From IMG/VR virus record IMGVR_UViG_3300034104_002622, positions 9,284 to 73,283 of that record: 64,000 nt of DNA; one strand, 5' to 3'. Made by a program: the position numbers and the translations under genes. Position 1 is the first letter of the stretch, and every line of letters begins with the position of its first letter. A model generated the notes under the pieces. It saw only the letters and a program-made list of their open reading frames with translations, had not been told where the DNA came from and did no database searches. The stretch comes from a virus. Of the stretch, positions 28,545-38,473 are shown piece by piece.

Positions 28545-30380
28545 TTATTTCCAAGGACATTCAGAATACATTGGCATTGGACCAGATGGTTTTGATGTGA
28601 ACCTTTTTGTTTCTTTGTGAAACCAAAAATTAGTCAATGGTGTTTCTCCTGTAGTTCTTTGCTTTCTTACAATTAATTTTCCGCATGGAGTAGACTCAAA
28701 GAATCTTTCAATATCAGAACTGTCAAAGTCACTGTCAGTCATTTCAGCCATGCGTTCACTTTTTGCCATGTCGCGCCATACTGTGATAATGTTATGTGGC
28801 ATATCGCCCCACTCTGATGCTCCTCGAATTTCTGCCATTCCGGGTGGTTTGGATGTGTTTTCGGGAGGCTTGCGTGGATGAGCTACAATCATTAAATGAA
28901 CTGGATACTTGGAAACAAATACACGCAGTCCGTCAATTGCTTCTGCTTGAGCTGTATTATCACCACGGTCAATGTTCATTGTCATTACGTTGTCGATTAC
29001 AAATGTATCGACTCCATAACGTTTATGAGCATGGATGAATGTTGATATTAGGTGTTTTGGGTCAGCTCTCTCCATACTTTTATACATGAACACTAAATTG
29101 CTCAGGTGATCATAAGCCAACTCAAAGTCATCCGTATATGGAAGATTGGGATAAGCTGTGAACTGTGTAAGTATTTGAGAGAAGGTAAGCTCAGGTGGTT
29201 GCTCGAATGAAGCAACGCATACTTGCTTTCCTTTCGCCGCAAGTGATGCAACTTGATTAGCCACAGCAACAGATTTACCATGGAAAGAAAAACCAAACCA
29301 CAAAGTAATCTCATGCTTTCTGAATGATAGGTCAAAATTAGGCAAGAAGAATGGATCGCCATCAACAAGATGGTCTCCCTTCATGTAAGAGCGAACACCT
29401 TCTCGCATTGATGTTGGATCAACAATTTCAGCAATTGGTTCTGGCGCAGTGTTTTCAATCACTGTAGCAATTTCTTTACCTCTGCCAGCACGGAGCATAT
29501 CATTTGCATCCTTGAGTGGTAGTGTAACAATAAGGCATCGTTCTTGACCGAGCCTTGCTGCTGCATCTTTTGCTGCTTTCTTACCTGCTTGATCGTTATC
29601 AAACAACAATACAATCTCATCGTAATGAGAAAGAAATTGATAGTCTTCTGTGATCCATTGTGTATTAGAACAACCCATTGGTATGCTTACCGCTGGAATG
29701 CCCATTTCCCAACAAGCCATTGCATCCCATTCGCCTTCAGTAATTACTAGTTTCTGAATGCCGGTATCTGGATCGCAAACATCTTTTCCAAATAAAGACA
29801 TGATAGGATCGGAGCTTGTCCATGTATCTTTTTTGCCATCTGGTTTCAACGTAAGCCCCCAATGCTTAATCATGCCAAGCCTTCCATAAGCGTCATAATA
29901 TGGAAATGAGATTTTCCCTTGAGCATCTGTGCCTACTCCATACTTAAGCAATGTTTCTTCACTGATCCCGCGATTCTTTGCATATTCAATACAAGATGGG
30001 GACAAGGTGCGTATATCCTTAGCTAATTTTTCTGGGTCTTTTGATTTACTTACAGTTCCAAAGGATTGAATTGGTTTGATGTTAAGGAAGTTAGCAAGCC
30101 ACTGAAGTCCTTCCTTGAAAGACATTGACTTGTTGAGTGATACAAGTCTCCATGCTTTTCCTTTTTCCCCTGTAGCGAAATCAATGAAGTAACCAGCATT
30201 ATTAGCTCGTGTGCTAATAAGCATTGAGTCACCTTTTTCACCGTTTATATTACCAATTCGATACCCTTGGCTTTCTCGTTTTGCATTAGGGTAAATGGTA
30301 AGAACAAATTCATCTATCCTGCTAGCTAATGCGCTTTTGATTTCTTCTAAGTCGTAGAAGCGACCTTCTTGTTCATTCAT
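28545..30380 (-). CDS. Primase-helicase (TOPRIM + SF4/DnaB-like; T7 gp4/Twinkle-like)
   Basis: TOPRIM ITEGEWDAM and FDND; KDAND; Walker A GFSFHGKS; FVIDN; VAHPRK; IRGAS; KQR. Confidence 0.93.
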   Translation of the reverse strand: MNEQEGRFYDLEEIKSALASRIDEFVLTIYPNAKRESQGYRIGNINGEKGDSMLISTRANNAGYFIDFATGEKGKAWRLVSLNKSMSFKEGLQWLANFLNIKPIQSFGTVSKSKDPEKLAKDIRTLSPSCIEYAKNRGISEETLLKYGVGTDAQGKISFPYYDAYGRLGMIKHWGLTLKPDGKKDTWTSSDPIMSLFGKDVCDPDTGIQKLVITEGEWDAMACWEMGIPAVSIPMGCSNTQWITEDYQFLSHYDEIVLLFDNDQAGKKAAKDAAARLGQERCLIVTLPLKDANDMLRAGRGKEIATVIENTAPEPIAEIVDPTSMREGVRSYMKGDHLVDGDPFFLPNFDLSFRKHEITLWFGFSFHGKSVAVANQVASLAAKGKQVCVASFEQPPELTFSQILTQFTAYPNLPYTDDFELAYDHLSNLVFMYKSMERADPKHLISTFIHAHKRYGVDTFVIDNVMTMNIDRGDNTAQAEAIDGLRVFVSKYPVHLMIVAHPRKPPENTSKPPGMAEIRGASEWGDMPHNIITVWRDMAKSERMAEMTDSDFDSSDIERFFESTPCGKLIVRKQRTTGETPLTNFWFHKETKRFTSKPSGPMPMYSECPWK

Positions 30381-30732
30381 GTGTTGAGTTGTTGATTTGT
30401 TGAATTTTCTCGCCTACAATAACCATTGAATCAGCGAGCGTAGGATTGCCTGTTATTGATGAATGTGTGGCAATTACATTCATTATGATGTTTACTCCAT
30501 AGCTTTCAGCTATAGCCATAGAAACAATAAAATCTCTTACGCTTTTATTTAAGCTTTCTACAATTTCATGGTCTGGCTTATTGATTATTTTTTCTATCCG
30601 AGTCCTAATTTTTGGACTCATTACTAAAGCTATAGCAATTTCATTTTGTATAGCTTGAGTAAATTGCGTCATTCCAAACATCATTTCCTCAAAGCTTTCA
30701 TTTTCATTAGCTTCTTGAATGTATTCTGACAT
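30373..30732 (-). CDS. Hypothetical protein
   Basis: Overlaps the primase start. Confidence 0.55.
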   Translation of the reverse strand: MSEYIQEANENESFEEMMFGMTQFTQAIQNEIAIALVMSPKIRTRIEKIINKPDHEIVESLNKSVRDFIVSMAIAESYGVNIIMNVIATHSSITGNPTLADSMVIVGEKIQQINNSTHE

Positions 30733-30738
30733 TTGAAA

Positions 30739-31749
30739 TTAAGCTTTGCTTTTTTTGATTTCTACAGGTTCTCCGTTATTTGCTCTTGCTGTCCAGTTTT
30801 TTAAGTCGATTACAACTTTACCTTGCGGGATAGATGATGCGGTTCCGCTAATGCGTCTCCAACCATCATCAAAAACAAGATAGGTTACTTTGTTTGATTT
30901 GTGCGCTAGAATAAGGTTTTCTGCTTGTTGCTTGCTTCGGATGTTTTTAATCACCTGATCGTCTCCCATAGTCTTGACGATGCAGGCTAGGTGGCGAATT
31001 GGTTTTGGTCCAAGCTTGAACACTTCTGCCTTGTGAAGAATTAGATGCTTTGATTCATCTGGAATCTTTTGATGGAACGCTTCTTTGTGGGATGAGAATG
31101 ACAGCTTGTAACGCTTTTTCTTGAATGCACGATAGACGCTAACGGTTGTCCAGATGGTATTCAAGGATTTGTCTGTGGTTTCTGCTACTTGTCCTACTTC
31201 GAAGTTTTCTCCATGCAGATTTTCAAGCTCATCAATGATTGATCCAAGCATCCATGAGGTCTTGTCTTCCATTTTAGGAGCTAGGTCGCGTAGCTTCAGG
31301 ACGTTTGCAACTACTTCGTATGACTCAATAAGTGAAGGAGGTGAGCTTTTGTTAATCGTGCAAATTCCATCTTCGGTAATAATGAAGCTTCCAGTTTTGG
31401 TTTCGGACATGGCTTGCATCAAAGAAATTGCAGCGTGTTCAACAATGTCGTCTTCTTCGCTTACAGGGAGCGGTTCTAGGCTTTCTTGCTCTTCTTTGGG
31501 GCTTTCTACCACGGACTCTTCTTGAGCTTCCTCAGAGGGCTTTTCTGGCTCAAGAGAAATGTTATCTACCATTTGGCCGATTCTTTGTCGGATGGTTCCT
31601 GTGTATGAAGCCCAATTTGGGAATCCGTCTTCTTGCATTTGCTCAATGACTTCAGCAACAGTGTCGTAAGGAACACGGAATCTTTCTGAAAGATCGGAAA
31701 AATCTTCTGGTTGGATAAGGCAGTTTTGGTAATATAGTGGTTTGTTCAT
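30739..31749 (-). CDS. Hypothetical protein (336 aa), possible DNA-binding domain
   Basis: WMLG...LSFSSH pattern reminiscent of helical DNA-binding phage proteins; not verified. Confidence 0.5.
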   Translation of the reverse strand: MNKPLYYQNCLIQPEDFSDLSERFRVPYDTVAEVIEQMQEDGFPNWASYTGTIRQRIGQMVDNISLEPEKPSEEAQEESVVESPKEEQESLEPLPVSEEDDIVEHAAISLMQAMSETKTGSFIITEDGICTINKSSPPSLIESYEVVANVLKLRDLAPKMEDKTSWMLGSIIDELENLHGENFEVGQVAETTDKSLNTIWTTVSVYRAFKKKRYKLSFSSHKEAFHQKIPDESKHLILHKAEVFKLGPKPIRHLACIVKTMGDDQVIKNIRSKQQAENLILAHKSNKVTYLVFDDGWRRISGTASSIPQGKVVIDLKNWTARANNGEPVEIKKSKA

Positions 31750-31800
31750 TTGTTATTTTGGTGAGAATGAAAACGGTCAATATGGTATTGATCAGTTTGT

Positions 31801-32997
31801 TTAGTTGTCGATTTTATAATGGGTGATTACAAAGTCCTCACCTGTTTCTTTGCCAAGTGACTCAGCGATTTCGGACTCGGTTAACCCGTAAAAGAAGATG
31901 CTGTCGTCATCCTCTTCGATGTCATTGGATTGGGATATGACATACCCCTCGAACTTGGTGCGGTCGTTTACCCAGTAGCCATCTACGATGATGTGAGGGA
32001 GGCCCCAGCAGTCATCTACGATGATGTGAGGGAGGAGTGTAATGGTGTTGCTCATATTTTTAGTCAAGGCTAAAAGAATTTTACTTCTGGGGGTTCATCG
32101 ACTTTATAAGAATCGCAATACCCAAATGCTTCGGTAATGTCTTCTGACTTGTTTGCATAGGCTAATGTTAAATCTACAATTCTTTTTTGCAGTCCAGCAA
32201 TTAATTGAATTGCTGGGACATCTTCAGGTAGCTCCCAAGGTCCTTCGACCGTGAAAGCTACGTCGAACATAAAGTTGGTTTTCATGGCTTTTGTCCAGTG
32301 GCTAGGTTGATGGCGGAGCGAGCAAGCTTGACGGCGGCTGCGGAGTCGTCGTCGTATTGTTCGTGGGCGCAAAACATGGAATACATTTCCTGAAGCGCCG
32401 AAAGAAGGTCAGGGCTGGACGCTATAAGGCGGGCGTTGGCTTCAATATTACAAGGAGTGATAATTGCAAGATGGCTTTTGTCTTTTGCGACAATGTGCGT
32501 TGTAATGCAAAATTCTCCTTGTTTTGTTCGATTTTCAATTCCCCATGGTCCGGGCGTGAATGAGGTTTTCATAAAGTATTATTTTTAGATTTTCCATCCG
32601 AAGAAAGTATTTGGATTAGATGCTTCTCTAAAAAATCCAAAGCGTTTGTCGTCTTGGTATCCAAGAAAAATAGCTAATGTGCCATCAGACAGGATAATTT
32701 GATCATTTATGTTCATAGATTCAGAGTTTAATTAAGTGGCGAGTTGTCTGAAGCCCACGCTTGAAAGAATGTGATTTTGTCTCTAATCTTCATTAAAGAG
32801 TTAATCATTGTGCAGATTGCTTCTTTTGAGGCTTTAGCTTCTTTTAAGCACAATTCTTCATTGTTATCATAATCGCCAGCTCTATACGCATTGCGAAGAC
32901 TTGCTGTGATAAACGATAAGTCATGAATTAAATCATATCCGTCTAGTCTCGCCTCTCCAAGAAGATCAGCGCATGGAAATTCTTTTTTTTTCTTCAT
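31801..32997 (-). CDS. Cluster of small early genes (31801-32055, 32070-32285, 32282-32572, 32728-32997)
   Basis: 32282-32572 carries the common phage TPGPW...NARLIASSPDLL motif; the others are hypothetical. Confidence 0.55.
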
Positions 32998-33000
32998 GAT

Positions 33001-34008
33001 TTAAACGGTTAGCATTTCTTCGGTAAGGAGCTTTTCACCATGTCTTACATGGCGTGTCCAGTCTTTCTCCAGTCCGGCAATTGCGAGCGTTTTTACTTGA
33101 GCCGATGTTCCCCACTCTGAGGAGTAGTATTGAGAGCCATTGCTTTTGCGGTTGGAAGATTCATGACTATGGAACTCTGTGAGGGCTGAGAATGCGTCAA
33201 GGCGTGTGCGTCCTACGTTTCCTCGTCCACCAGTGAACAGTTCCATCATTCTTGCTCCTTTTTGTTTGAGTCCGTTGGAGAGATTTTCAGTATTCCGCCC
33301 TTCGATACCAGTGAGCCATGCGCGAGCTTCGTCTGGTGAGCATACTGTGCGATCAGCCTGACTCAAGACTTCTTGGTAAACTTTACTTGTTCCCATGAAG
33401 TTTTTCATGGCTACAACAAGCCGTTCGATGTTTACATCAAGGTTGAGTGTGTGCTTGGCTTTACCGATGGTCTGTCCGGTTTGCATGGATGCTGCGAACG
33501 TATTGGCGCAAACTACGCAGATATTGGTGTAGCGGGCTTGGAAGCTAGTGCTTTTGTCGTAGGAGTCGATTACTGTGATAAAGTCGTTGAACTCACGATC
33601 ACCGATCTTGAATCCATCTGTTACTTTAAGAGAGGCAAATAGCTTGCAGCGGTTGTCTACCGTGCCAGCGGAAGCAATCTCGAACGGAATTTCCTCCATT
33701 CCTTTAGCAATGACGTTCCAGAACGTCTCTACCGTGGAGGGGTGGTAGCTGCTACCATACGGTTCTCCGATTGGGAGAAAATCGTCATTAGCAATGAGTT
33801 GCTTGAACTCAGGGGATTCGATCATCACGTCCTGATAAAAGTCAGGAATTGTGTCGTGTGGCTTTTGCACTTTGTAGTAGATAGGGCTTTCTACTACGTC
33901 GAATGGCATGGAGTTTTCCCGTGTTACCGTATCTACGATGGTAGTTAGTCCGTGCCAAGCTTGTGTTGATGCTGCTTGAATGTCGCGTTCAGTTATATTG
34001 TGGCTCAT
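33001..34008 (-). CDS. DUF932-like protein
   Basis: AWHGL...SAG...S(Y)D.S...VVCANT...KHT...G.T...AFSALTEF pattern. Confidence 0.8.
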   Translation of the reverse strand: MSHNITERDIQAASTQAWHGLTTIVDTVTRENSMPFDVVESPIYYKVQKPHDTIPDFYQDVMIESPEFKQLIANDDFLPIGEPYGSSYHPSTVETFWNVIAKGMEEIPFEIASAGTVDNRCKLFASLKVTDGFKIGDREFNDFITVIDSYDKSTSFQARYTNICVVCANTFAASMQTGQTIGKAKHTLNLDVNIERLVVAMKNFMGTSKVYQEVLSQADRTVCSPDEARAWLTGIEGRNTENLSNGLKQKGARMMELFTGGRGNVGRTRLDAFSALTEFHSHESSNRKSNGSQYYSSEWGTSAQVKTLAIAGLEKDWTRHVRHGEKLLTEEMLTV

Positions 34009-34035
34009 TGTTGTTTGTTTTTTTCTTGGTTGTTG

Positions 34036-34254
34036 TTATTGAGAGTGTTTGTTTTTTATTTGTTTTCCTATTTCCGGATCATCTAGCATGACCACAGCTT
34101 CTAGGATAGAGTAAATTCCTGCTCTAGCTACTTGCCAGTAAGGTTCGCCTAAGCGTTGTGTGATGGGTTCATAGATGCTCCAAACTTCTTGATATGCTCG
34201 GAACAAAGCGTGTGCTTCTGAAGATAGATGATTAGGAAGATGTAGTTCATTCAT
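34036..34254 (-). CDS. Hypothetical protein
   Basis: 72-aa ORF immediately downstream of the 34260 hairpin. Confidence 0.55.
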   Translation of the reverse strand: MNELHLPNHLSSEAHALFRAYQEVWSIYEPITQRLGEPYWQVARAGIYSILEAVVMLDDPEIGKQIKNKHSQ

Positions 34255-34259
34255 AAATA

Positions 34260-34277
34260 CCTCCAGCCCGAAGGGCT
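34260..34277 (-). promoter_or_regulatory. C-GAA-G triloop hairpin element 1 (candidate promoter for leftward genes)
   Basis: + strand CCTCC-AGCCC-GAA-GGGCT, intergenic. Confidence 0.55.
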
Positions 34278-34691
34278 CTATGAAAGCAGCTTGTTAAACT
34301 GTCTTCCGATACGTTCTTGCGCTGTTATTTCGCCGTGGCACTTTTTGCAGACGACACGAAATCCTTCTGCGGGACAAAACAGCCTCTGAATAAACCGATC
34401 CCATGAGACGAATCCTTCTGATCCGACAACTGGGATGATATGATCCGCTTGAACAGCGTTTTGGGGGAATAGATTTCCGCATACGGAGCATTTGTGTAGC
34501 TTGCATTTGCGCCCAGTGGCGGGGTTGATTCCGTGCTCGACGAAGGCAAGGTTGATAGCTCGGTATTTCTCGGGCCACCTAGCTCCTCGCAAGGCGCTTT
34601 TGATAAAGCTAATGTATCTTGCTTCTGTCCATTCTCCATTGCAGTAGGGGCGTTCGATGTCGGTTCTTTTTTTTGTCGATTTTTTAGCCAT
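34278..34691 (-). CDS. HNH-type endonuclease
   Basis: FIKSALR...CSVC...QADHIIPV...VCKKCH. Confidence 0.8.
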   Translation of the reverse strand: MAKKSTKKRTDIERPYCNGEWTEARYISFIKSALRGARWPEKYRAINLAFVEHGINPATGRKCKLHKCSVCGNLFPQNAVQADHIIPVVGSEGFVSWDRFIQRLFCPAEGFRVVCKKCHGEITAQERIGRQFNKLLS

Positions 34692-34811
34692 GACTAAATA
34701 AAAAGTGAAGCCAGTTACCGTATCTGGCGCTAGCTTGACGCTACTAGCGGTTTCATAAATACCACATATTTCAGAGGGTTTCTTAGTTTATGCTTAAGGC
34801 AACGTCTTTCC

Positions 34812-35100
34812 GTTGTGTCACTATTTTACCAGCTTTTGTCAATTGTTTTGACGCATTTTCGGACTACTGGTTTCCGAGCCGTGCCTTCCGTCTCGTTGCG
34901 GCTATGCGCTTCCGTTTATGATCCCAAGGGAGCTTATACAGGGACGACGCAGAAATTGTCCAGCTTACCGTTTACTGGGACGGCATTACGCTCCGTCGGT
35001 TCCGTTTCAATCCTTGGAGCACCATGCAACTCTAGGTATTTATCCGTATTCTCGTTTTACCGTAGTCTCTTGGTTCTATCTGCTGCACGGTTAACACAAC
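34812..35100 (-). ncRNA. Candidate structured RNA or ssDNA element with repeated ACGGA motifs
   Basis: Intergenic; closing stem GTTGTGT (34812)/ACACAAC (35094); several internal hairpins; six TCCGT copies. Confidence 0.4.
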
Positions 35101-35109
35101 AGCAAGAGA

Positions 35110-35580
35110 TTATTCTGCTTTTGCACCTTGAAGCATTGCATTGGCAGCGAAAGTGAATGCTACTTCTGCAAGTTCAGGGCGTTCTTTGCGGATCATGTAA
35201 TCGGCTGCTCTTATTCCAGTTTCAAGACATTCTTTGATTGTTGGCTTCTCAACTGGCTTTTGGATGTCTTCAGGCTTAACTGCTACTGCTCCTTCAGGTT
35301 TTGATAGCTCATCACAATTAAGACTTGCTGATCCATTGAAGGTGTTTTTTGTAAACCTTCCTCGCAGTGTCAGTGTTTCTCCTAGTGGTAGTTTCCATTC
35401 AGCGGCTGTTTCCCACATTGTCATGAACATTTCGTCTGATCCGCTTTTCAATACTACGGATGAGAAGATTTTATTGTTCTTTGCTGTTTTGGGATTGAAC
35501 TGCTTGTGAATGGTTACTGGGCCAATTGAAATGAATGTCTCTCCATCTTTGGCCGAGGCTACTTGGTGGAGAGTGCTCAT
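35110..35580 (-). CDS. OB-fold, SSB-like protein
   Basis: Beta-rich VVLK...MTMWE...GETLTLRG...FNG...LN pattern; next to ERF. Confidence 0.5.
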   Translation of the reverse strand: MSTLHQVASAKDGETFISIGPVTIHKQFNPKTAKNNKIFSSVVLKSGSDEMFMTMWETAAEWKLPLGETLTLRGRFTKNTFNGSASLNCDELSKPEGAVAVKPEDIQKPVEKPTIKECLETGIRAADYMIRKERPELAEVAFTFAANAMLQGAKAE

Positions 35581-35874
35581 TTAGAATGCTTCTTCTGAAC
35601 TGCCGCTATTTGCTGCAATTTCTTTTGCTGTTTTGATGTCACCTTTTGAAAACACAACCTTACCATTACCTAGATAGGTTTTGGTTTTCTTTGCTTCGCG
35701 ATCTTCTTGGCTTTGAGAAAGCTGAACGGATACGTTATTTCCATAATTGTCATTCTTGTCATCGACAAAAATGGACAAAGGAATGAATGTGGCGGTTTTA
35801 CCTTTGATCATTTGATCTTCGGTGAGTTTTGCGATGTCTTCTTTTTTGATGCTGGCGCTAATAATAAGTCCCAT
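35581..35874 (-). CDS. Small phage SSB-like protein
   Basis: DNYGNN.SV..SQSQE.RE...YLGNGKV with acidic C-terminus ending in Phe (EEAF). Confidence 0.55.
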   Translation of the reverse strand: MGLIISASIKKEDIAKLTEDQMIKGKTATFIPLSIFVDDKNDNYGNNVSVQLSQSQEDREAKKTKTYLGNGKVVFSKGDIKTAKEIAANSGSSEEAF

Positions 35875-35902
35875 ATTTTTGTTTTTCTTGTTTGTTTGTT
35901 GT

Positions 35903-36493
35903 TTACTTAATGAAAACTGAAGCGCATTCTGAATAAGCTGCGACTACGAGTGGTTCTTTCCCATAGGGAGTGTTTCTGGCTTTTTCCATCTTGGCATTTA
36001 GATCCTCTAAGGATTTTTGGATCTTAAAGGATTCGATGATTTTGTCCATCATTCCGTCACTTTTTTGCGAGGTGGCTTTACTTTGATCAGAATTGTCCTT
36101 TCCGTGCGTTTCCGTAGCGTCTGCGTCTTTGGTGTCATCAATGCAGAACAAGCCGTTCAGGGCGTATTTACGGGCGTAGGAGGAGCAAGCGCCCGTCACT
36201 TGAGCGTCATCCATACCTTTTTTGCTTTCAGCTTCACGAGCAAATGCTGTGGTGGAGATGCTTTCTCCTGCATGAGTGAATGTTGCTGTAGCTTTTACGT
36301 AAACACGCCCACCAACTTCAACAATTTCATCGCTGATGGTTAGGATTGCGTCCACTGCATGAAGAAATGGCTTGAGGGCTTCAAGAATTCCCTCTGCGGA
36401 TCTGTATTTGTAATTTCCAAATTTGTTCTCAAGGTTTTTTGGAGCGTTGAGGTCAACTTGGATTGTTCTTAGTTTGTCTGCTGCTTTTTGCAT
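35903..36493 (-). CDS. erf: ERF-family single-strand annealing protein
   Basis: APK...N.FG.YKYRSAEGILEALKP; KKGMDDAQVTGACSSYARKYALNGLFCIDDTKDAD. Confidence 0.92.
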   Translation of the reverse strand: MQKAADKLRTIQVDLNAPKNLENKFGNYKYRSAEGILEALKPFLHAVDAILTISDEIVEVGGRVYVKATATFTHAGESISTTAFAREAESKKGMDDAQVTGACSSYARKYALNGLFCIDDTKDADATETHGKDNSDQSKATSQKSDGMMDKIIESFKIQKSLEDLNAKMEKARNTPYGKEPLVVAAYSECASVFIK

Positions 36494-36531
36494 TTATTTA
36501 TTTGTTTTGATTTAGTTAAGGCTAAAATATA

Positions 36532-36585
36532 TTCGAACAGTTCGATACACTGAACGCTGCGCATCAGTGATCTTAGCTGTTATCC
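36532..36585 (+). mobile_element. attC-like site 1 (short family, left end of array A)
   Basis: R'' TTCGAAC ... R' GTTATCC; imperfect inverted repeat. Confidence 0.75.
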
Positions 36586-36776
36586 AAAGAAATCAGCAGT
36601 TTGGCGGCGCGTTCCAGTTCAGGATTGAGCCAGTCCCTCTTTTGCGGTAGATCCGTAAGGATGTTGCGAATCACATAGAGCGCATCCGCTAGGCGGTCAG
36701 CGGCTTCATTCGATGGGCGATAGACTCCCGAGCTATTGTCTCGGAGCCATTTGATTAGTTCAGCGTTTGATTTCAT
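36573..36776 (-). CDS. Cassette ORF (LPQKRDWL module)
   Basis: Ends inside attC1; C-terminal half similar to 43645-43920. Confidence 0.65.
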   Translation of the reverse strand: MKSNAELIKWLRDNSSGVYRPSNEAADRLADALYVIRNILTDLPQKRDWLNPELERAAKLLISLDNS

Positions 36777-36789
36777 AATTTCGGAAGAT

Positions 36790-36880
36790 GGATAACAAGT
36801 TTGTAGAGGCGACGACGGGCAGCGTCCCCATTCAGGTTGGTAGTCCTTTCCCGTCGTCGCGCCTCACATCGGCGTTAGCG
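36790..36880 (+). mobile_element. attC-like site 2
   Basis: R'' GGATAAC (complement of the site 1 R') ... R' GTTAGCG; arms CGACGACGGG/CCCGTCGTCG. Confidence 0.85.
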
Positions 36881-37071
36881 GAAGATTTCAGAATGGCTTC
36901 CAGTTTCCATTTAACGTGATAGAACCAGTCCTGACTGATCCGCCCTGAGAAGGTTGCCATGTCTCCATCGTCCTCAACGTCCGAGTAGTCCAACTCGTCA
37001 AGAATCCCGAAGATCGCTAACAAGTCATGCGAGGCAACCTCTACAACGTCTTTTGGTGGATTCTGGCTCAT
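36832..37071 (-). CDS. Cassette ORF
   Basis: Starts in the attC3 loop and ends in attC2. Confidence 0.6.
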   Translation of the reverse strand: MSQNPPKDVVEVASHDLLAIFGILDELDYSDVEDDGDMATFSGRISQDWFYHVKWKLEAILKSSANADVRRDDGKGLPT

Positions 37072-37101
37072 GCGTTCGGTGCCTCCATATTTGCGTTAGG
37101 C
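37015..37101 (+). mobile_element. attC-like site 3
   Basis: R'' CGCTAAC ... R' GTTAGGC; GAGGCAACC/GGTGCCTC arms. Confidence 0.8.
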
Positions 37102-37358
37102 AGAATTAAATCTTCACGTTCGCGCCAGAATGCCAGTTGTTCAGACCAATCGCCGGCAAACATCTCCAACGGATATATTTCGTCGTTTTTCCGGTGCAGT
37201 TCCCTCCATGAGGATTCAAAATCCTCAAGGGATTTGAGTTGCTCAAATATAAACTCGTCTAACGTCAAAGAATGCCGAACAAGACGTGAGACGCAATCCC
37301 CACTAGTCTCCTGTTGGGTTAGGGTTTTCTGCTTCGGTGGTGATTTATCGTTTGGCAT
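37068..37358 (-). CDS. Cassette ORF
   Basis: Starts in the attC4 loop; stop overlaps the next ATG inside attC3. Confidence 0.65.
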   Translation of the reverse strand: MPNDKSPPKQKTLTQQETSGDCVSRLVRHSLTLDEFIFEQLKSLEDFESSWRELHRKNDEIYPLEMFAGDWSEQLAFWREREDLILPNANMEAPNA

Positions 37359-37405
37359 GGTCTTGGGGTATAAGTGGTGGGGATGCGTCTACATTGACGT
37401 TCGTA
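37274..37405 (+). mobile_element. attC-like site 4
   Basis: R'' GCCGAAC ... R' GTTCGTA; AGACGCAATCCCCAC/GTGGGGATGCGTCT arms. Confidence 0.85.
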
Positions 37406-37620
37406 GGTGAGAATTGCAGTTCATCCAGCATATCGCTTGGATTGTTATTTCCGTTTGCCATCGCTTCAATCCATCGCGCTGGGTCAATCGTTGCGGTGTG
37501 CTTCCATCCTTTATCTAAAAGTTTTGCTTCTACTTCTTGAAGCTCTTGGTCTGAGTAACATTTTATCATTCCATCAAGAGCGTAAATAAAAAGCATTCGA
37601 TCTAATCTAATTGTTTTCAT
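37345..37620 (-). CDS. Hypothetical protein ending in attC4
   Basis: Internal ATG (MKTIRLD); C-terminus encoded by the attC arm. Confidence 0.6.
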   Translation of the reverse strand: MKTIRLDRMLFIYALDGMIKCYSDQELQEVEAKLLDKGWKHTATIDPARWIEAMANGNNNPSDMLDELQFSPTNVNVDASPPLIPQDHAKR

Positions 37621-38471
37621 GTGTTTTGGGTTTTGCTGGTAAAACATTAAATATTTCAACTACTGGCTTTCCTGTCTCTGGATGACTAATCATTTTAAAC
37701 TCAACATCAAATTTTTTGATGCGTTCTCTAAAGTTATAAGCCATGTCAAAATCTGGAAACTCAACGTAAAGGTTAGAGTCGCGTTGGCTTACTTCTTCTT
37801 CAAGTCCAGAGTCTTCTAAAGCTCGCTGAAGGTAATAAGGTAAGTATTGGATGACACTCATTTTTTAAGTTGTTTTAGGTTTTCGATGAATTGCGCTGCT
37901 TCTGTTGCTGTTACCGTAATGTTAGAGCCGGGGTCGATAGTTGTTTGTGCTCCTCCTGTCCAAGAGTTGCCTATTCGTTTAGCTGGAGAAGGCATAGACA
38001 TTATCTTCCAATGGACAACTGAGCATTCTGATACTTTCCATGAATAGGGATTACCAGCTTGCCATTCATGATAGATGGCTGATGCCGACTGTTTAAGTGA
38101 CCATTCAACCACTTTATTTTCTTTAAGTAGTTCTTGGGTGTAACGCATAGCATTTAGCCAAAGCTTCTGCTTGGCTACTTGATGCAGCGATTCGATTAGA
38201 TTCACACTCATGACAATCAATCCTCTAGCCCCGAAGGGGCTTTGCGCGCTATTAGCATTGCGTCGGCGATTGAGTATGCTCCTTTGGCAACGTCGCAATT
38301 CCAGTTGTAAGACATTGCGGCTCTTCCGGACGCTACCATGATGGCAATAGCGATATTTTCACTTTGCATGGCTTGCCCAGCGAACCAGTCGCGCAGACTC
38401 ATGCCGCGTAATGCGTCGTCTCTTTCGTGCATCGGGAACGCTTGCCCGCCGTTGTCTTGTGGTGTGTTCAT
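37607..38471 (-). CDS. Three small early genes (37607-37861, 37858-38211, 38217-38471)
   Basis: 38217-38471 has the common phage GG.AFP...GMSLRDWFAGQA motif. Confidence 0.55.
38222..38241 (-). promoter_or_regulatory. C-GAA-G triloop hairpin element 2
   Basis: CCTCT-AGCCCC-GAA-GGGGCT. Confidence 0.5.
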
Positions 38472-38473
38472 TT

